Part shown: positions 12,501 to 18,500 of the stretch, one piece after another | Layout: each line of letters begins with the position of its first letter | How positions within the stretch are numbered: position 1 is the stretch's first letter | Source: a virus | IMG/VR virus record: IMGVR_UViG_3300027702_000001 | DNA length: 64,000 nucleotides | Strand: one strand, 5' to 3' | Program-made: the position numbers and the translations under genes | Notes under the pieces: model-generated | What the model was told of the DNA's origin: nothing | What the model saw: only the letters and a program-made list of their open reading frames with translations | The model's database searches: none

Positions 12501-15500
12501 TTAATGATGAATTTAACCAATGGAGTTGGTGAATCATCATCAGTAAATCCAGGTGTACCCTCTCTAATGATGTTAATGAATGGATATTCCAGTTTATACT
12601 GGTTATCTTTAGAGAATGATAGGAAGTATCCAAGGTTAGAAGGATCGTCAAGGTCAAAGAGATACTGATGTCCTCTAACAAATAGGAACTTAGGATGCTT
12701 AGCGTAGATATTAACGTTAGAAACAGAAGAACCTGTACCTGAGAAGGTAGGATCCTGAACAGCAGTGCTTCTTATACGGAATGTGAAGTCTCTACTAGTG
12801 AATACTTCTTCAACAAAGAATGAACCATTGTATTCATTAGTAGCAAATCTCTCAGTAAAGATAATATCATTTATTTCATAGTTGTGTCTGCTAGTAGCAG
12901 AGCAGTAAACAAGGTCAGTATTTGTTAGTGCTTGTGAAGGAACAACGTCTTTATTGAGTTTTGCCTGAAGATTGAATTGTTTAACACCAACAAGACCACC
13001 AAATGTTGCAATCTTACCAGTTGCATCCACAGCAAATGTCAAGTTAACAGCATCAGCATCAATGGTGTCTCCTTTAATAAAGTCGGAGTCAGCATAGATC
13101 TGTTGAATTCTAATAGTATAGTCAGAAGCATTGAAAGGTTTCCAAGATGCAAATGCTGCAAGAGTACCAGATCCGTGAACACTGTTCGCCAAATCTACTT
13201 GGAATGAACCTGCAGTCGATGTGAATGCCCAGTTGATATTACCATCAGAGACAGTACCTGATGTATGTACAGGGGCAATAGCACCTGCAGTAGCAGTTGT
13301 ACCAGATGTATAGATCTTACCGTTACTATAAACAACATCACCAACTGTATAGTTCTGATTTTGCTCCCAAACAGGAGTTGTGGTAAGAACGGTGAACTCT
13401 TTGTCCATCTCGTTCACATCACCAGCAGTTGATTTTAGAAGTTTAGAGGTATCAAACGAACCAATAATCTTACCGATCTTACAAGAACTTGTTCCAACCT
13501 CAACGACAGTACCGTATGCAGATACAACATCGTTACCACCAATCACAGAATACTGTTGAAGAATTGACCCTTTAGTAAAGGTAGCATTCTGATTGAATGC
13601 AATTGTCTTAACAAGGTCAATAGTAGCGTATTTTGCATCTCTAATATAGAACTTAGGAATAACCTTAGTAGTAAGAAGCAATTTCTTACCACCCTGTGTA
13701 GGAATAGTTGCAGTTCTAGTTGCGTATGACTGGTCAGTAGATGTAACTGTATAAACTCCAGGGACGTGGGTTGATACAACATCTGAGTAATCAAGGATCT
13801 GAATACCAGCAGGACCCATAATCCAAGGGTTAACAGCAACCGACTGGGTATTAAACGTATAACTGCTGCTGGCGGCGACGTTTAGGGTATGTCCTGTCTC
13901 TACATCATCCAGAGAGAATGAACCAAGTTTTGTCTTATCTTTGTCAATCTTATAAACGAATGCTTTAGAAACTGAGTTTGTTCCAGTAACAAGACCAGCA
14001 GTGAATGCATCTGTGTACTTAGCAGAAGGTGTAACAACAAAGTTGTCAATCCAACCAATCCAGTTGTTAGTAGAACTCGGAGTTGAGATAGGACCAAGTG
14101 TTGCCTGCATCATATTAACGTCAACAGTAGAACTGTTAACTGAATGTGCTTCTACACCATTAATGTAGATACGATAGATGTAAGAACCAACTCCAGGGCG
14201 TTGCTTAGAAACAGCAACGTGAACCCACGCCTCAGAGTTAAATGAAGTCCAGAATGTTGTACCAGTAGAATATGAGGTAGATCCATTAAGATCAAGGAAG
14301 ATCTTACCGAAATTAGCACTACCTGAAGTACCATCAACACCAACTTTAACTTCTTGAGTTAACTGAGAGACAATACCGAAGAATTCTGGTTTAGATGCCT
14401 GTGCAGCATATTGAGTATTACCAAGAGCAAACCAACCTTCCATTGTCCACTCAACACTAATATCAGCACTTGTACCATACTGAAGGAGCATTGAGTTAGG
14501 AGCATCAAGTTTCAGTGAAGATGCACCATTGTAGAACTTAGTATTATCAATAACAGCGTTGCCTGTGGCAGCCCACTGCTTGTTTGTACCAGTTTTTAGA
14601 GTGTCATTGTATGTTTCATCAAAGATGTTGTCTGCAGTGTTCCAGTTGAAGATAGCAAGTTGATCTGCCTCAACTTTATTACCAGCAATCAAAGTATCAC
14701 CAGAGTTGTCATTTGCAACACAAGTGGCGTGATAACCAATACCACTTGTCTCTGTTACTTCAGCAGCAGAGAGAACAGCACCTGTATTCCAAGAAATCTT
14801 GGCACTAACTGATTGAACAGCGTTGAAATCTCTTTCAACAACTGCACTGATGTCAATATTACCAAATACATCAAAAGTAACACCAGCATTCTTGATAGAA
14901 GTGTAAGTTCCAGTAGGAACGTACATCTTAGCAACTGCTACTTGTGTATAGTCTTGATTGTCAAATTTAGCGTAAAGAACACCGTAGTTCTTAGCATTTG
15001 TATCGATAGCAGTTGCAGTTACATAAACTGAACCATATTCATCAATAGCAAATGTAGGATCAGCAAACTGGTAAGCACCAGATTCGATTTGCTTAGACCA
15101 CTGTACCTCAATAGTAGCAGTATCGTAGTATGTCTCACCAATAACAATGTTAGCAGCACCTGCAGGGTCAGAGATACCACAGAAGAGGAATGTATCGTTA
15201 GTTCTCCACTCAATCTGATGAAGATGCTCACTTCCAGCGGCAGAAGCGATCTTACGCTTCTCCATAACAGATCCATCAATATCCATCAATGCAACCCACA
15301 TATCGTCAGGTGCAGTGGAGTTTGAGTCAGTATAACCAGCAATCATCACACGACTGTCTTGGTCAAGTCTGATGCTAGAAGCATAGTCTCTTCTGGTAGA
15401 TCCAGAGATACCTGCAATGTCACGCTGCCACTGAATAAGACCATCAGGGTTGTTAGCATTGTCAAAACCTGACCGATACTTAGCAACAACAATGTCAGGG

Positions 15501-18500
15501 TTGTGAGTTAGGTTACTAATATTTGGAACAGTCTCACCAACACAGTAGATGTTATGAGGATTAGAGTTCTCAATATAAAGTGACTTCCACTCCAATGACT
15601 TATCATCAGTTGCAGGAACGGTAGGAATTAGAGTACGCTTCCAAAGCAATCTACCATCGCTATTAAACTTAGCAAGAACACCTGCTGTATCTCCACCTGC
15701 AACTGTTGTCTTACCACAGACATAGAAAGTACGATCATCAGCAACTTTGATGTCATTAATAGTAAGAGTAGATCCTGCTTCTTTAAGGAATGCTAAGAAA
15801 TAAGTTGCTTTCTTGAATCTCTGAGGATGAGAAACACGAATCTGTGGTGGATTAGTTTCAGAGTATCCTGAACCAGAGTTAATAATATTAACAGTTCTTA
15901 CAGCACCACCTTCATCTCTATTGATGTCAATATTGAAATCTTGACCTGAGTCAGTAATGATCTCATATGTTGGAGGAATGTCATCAGAATATCCAAGACC
16001 TTCCTGATCAACAGTAACTCTTTCAACACCATCGATCACTTTCACTCGGAAAGTCTTATTAGTGTCATCAAGAATAGGTGTGCTGTTAACAATGATCTGA
16101 TCATCTACACGCAGTTCGTGCTCAGTTGCAGTAGTGATACGTCCATATGGTCTATCATTTGTGATATATGATGTGTAACCTGCAATATCTAAACCTTTAA
16201 CCGCTTCAACTTTTGCGGAGGCTCCGAAACCATCAGTTCCCTCGTTATCAAAGTATAGTTTATCATTGACTTTATATGATATACCTGGGTTCTCAACCAC
16301 AAATCCGTCAACTTTAGCGTCTTCGAACTTGGTCGTAGTCTCAATATCAATATCAACAACTGATCTTGTAGAAACTTTAGGGTAGTAATCAAATAATTGT
16401 AGTACGGGTTCTTCAGTGATCTGAATAGGTGTGGTGTCTTCAAGGTTATTGATGAGACCATCTCTATTAGTATCTTCAATTTCGAAGATAAGATCCTCAC
16501 CAAGTTCAGTAACAAGAGTATCAGTTGCTTGGTTAGGTGTACGATCAATATCAATATCCACATCCTCGTAAGGATCACGGAATCTAACCACATCAGCAGG
16601 GATGTTGGTCTGTACAGCATCTTGAGAGAAGTTCCACTCATCAGGTGATGAATACAACTGAGGTCCACAAATGTATGGGAATACAGGGTTACCAGCATCA
16701 GTTGCGTCAATTGATACAAAATAAGCGTAAACACCTTCAGGGAACTGAGGAGTCTTACAGAAACGACCGTTATACTGGTCTAGATCACCCTCTTGGAAGA
16801 CATATTCATAGTCATCAATGAATGATCCTGCAATATAATTGCTAAGAAGAGGACCATCTGCGCGAATTGGGTTAGGGTTAGTATCAACATCATACAGAAG
16901 TACAGGTTTGATTCTATAAGATGAACGAATTCTTCTAACACCAGATGACTGGTCAGTGGCATCAATGTAACCATAAGGTCCGTAGATAGGGTTACCATCG
17001 AAAGCCCAACCCAAAATAGGAGAGTGTTGGTATCCAGTCGAAAGTTCTTGTAGTTGCTGTGTTGACTGATTCTTGAATACGTTATCACCAAGAACGTATC
17101 TTAGTTGCTTAGGATCTGAAAGGTGTGCATATTCACCACCGTATTGTGTATTATATCCTGCAAACACATAACCACGTGCTGTATCAAAGTTTGCTCCAAG
17201 TTCATCCTGAAGGTTTCTAGTCCACTCAAATACAGTTGCAGTAAATGATGCTAGTTCACCAACCGCTTCCAAGCGGATAGTAGTATTACCAGTAGTGTAA
17301 CCAATACCTCTGTTTACAACAGTAACACCAATAACTTTACCTCTATCTTCACCAACGGTACCGATAGTTGCTCTTGCAATGGCACCATAACCGTCTCCAT
17401 TGATTACAATCTCAGGAGCAGTTGTGTATCCTCTACCTGCAGCAATGATAGCGATAGAAACGATTCTACCGTTAATGATGATTGCTTGAGCAACAGCACC
17501 TTCACCAGAGTTCAACTTAATAGTAGGAGAACCAGTATAAGTCGAACCTGCATTATTAATACTTACAGATTGAATAGGTCCACGTACCTGCGCGGTAGCA
17601 GCACATCCAGTACCACCTCCACCAGAGATGGAAACATCAGGTTGTGAAATATACCCTTGACCTGGGGTCTCAACAAGGATCTTGGATACTACACCATTGG
17701 TAATAACAGCGGTAGCAGTAGCACCGAATCCACCACCACCCACGATAGAAACAAGAGGACTAGAAGTGTAACCAGTACCCCCGCTAGTAACTGAGATTTC
17801 ACTTAATGCACCGTTAACAACAACACTTGCGCTGGCACCACTACCGCCACCACCATTGATTTCAATAACAGGAGGATTAGCAGCATCATATCCAACACCA
17901 GGGTTATCAATAGTTATACCAGTCAATCCACCAAACTTAATCTTAGTCTGTGACTTATAAGACCAAGTAGATACACCGTTTACCCAAGCACCAATAGGAC
18001 CGAAGGATGTGTCTGTACGTCTAGAGATTGTATTGATAACTCTAGGGATACGGATCAACTTACGTTGGTTTCCAGGAAGTAGCGCAGATCCCAAGAAAGG
18101 ACCAACCTGATAGTTTGGAATACCAGAAGATGCAATGTATGAATAGTTGTCGTTAAAGAATGTATTCTGTACGTTGGTAGTAAAGTCTCTGATAGCAACG
18201 CTAATACCCTCTTCAGTTGACTTACCTTTGTTGAGGTCAACAGAAAGAAGGATATTACCCTGTGGAGAGTTAGGAGCAGGTGCAGGAATGTTATATTCAA
18301 ACAGTGTGTTACTGATACGGGATGTTACCAAGAAGGTACCGTTGAACACAGTTGGGTTTGCACCATAGATGGTAACAGTGTCACCAACCAGTAGACCGTG
18401 GTTATTGGAGCAAGTAACCGTCGCAGTCTGGTTATTAAGACCACCAGGGACAATTTGAGAAATATTGATTAGTTTTTTAACGTTATACAACCAAGAAGTG

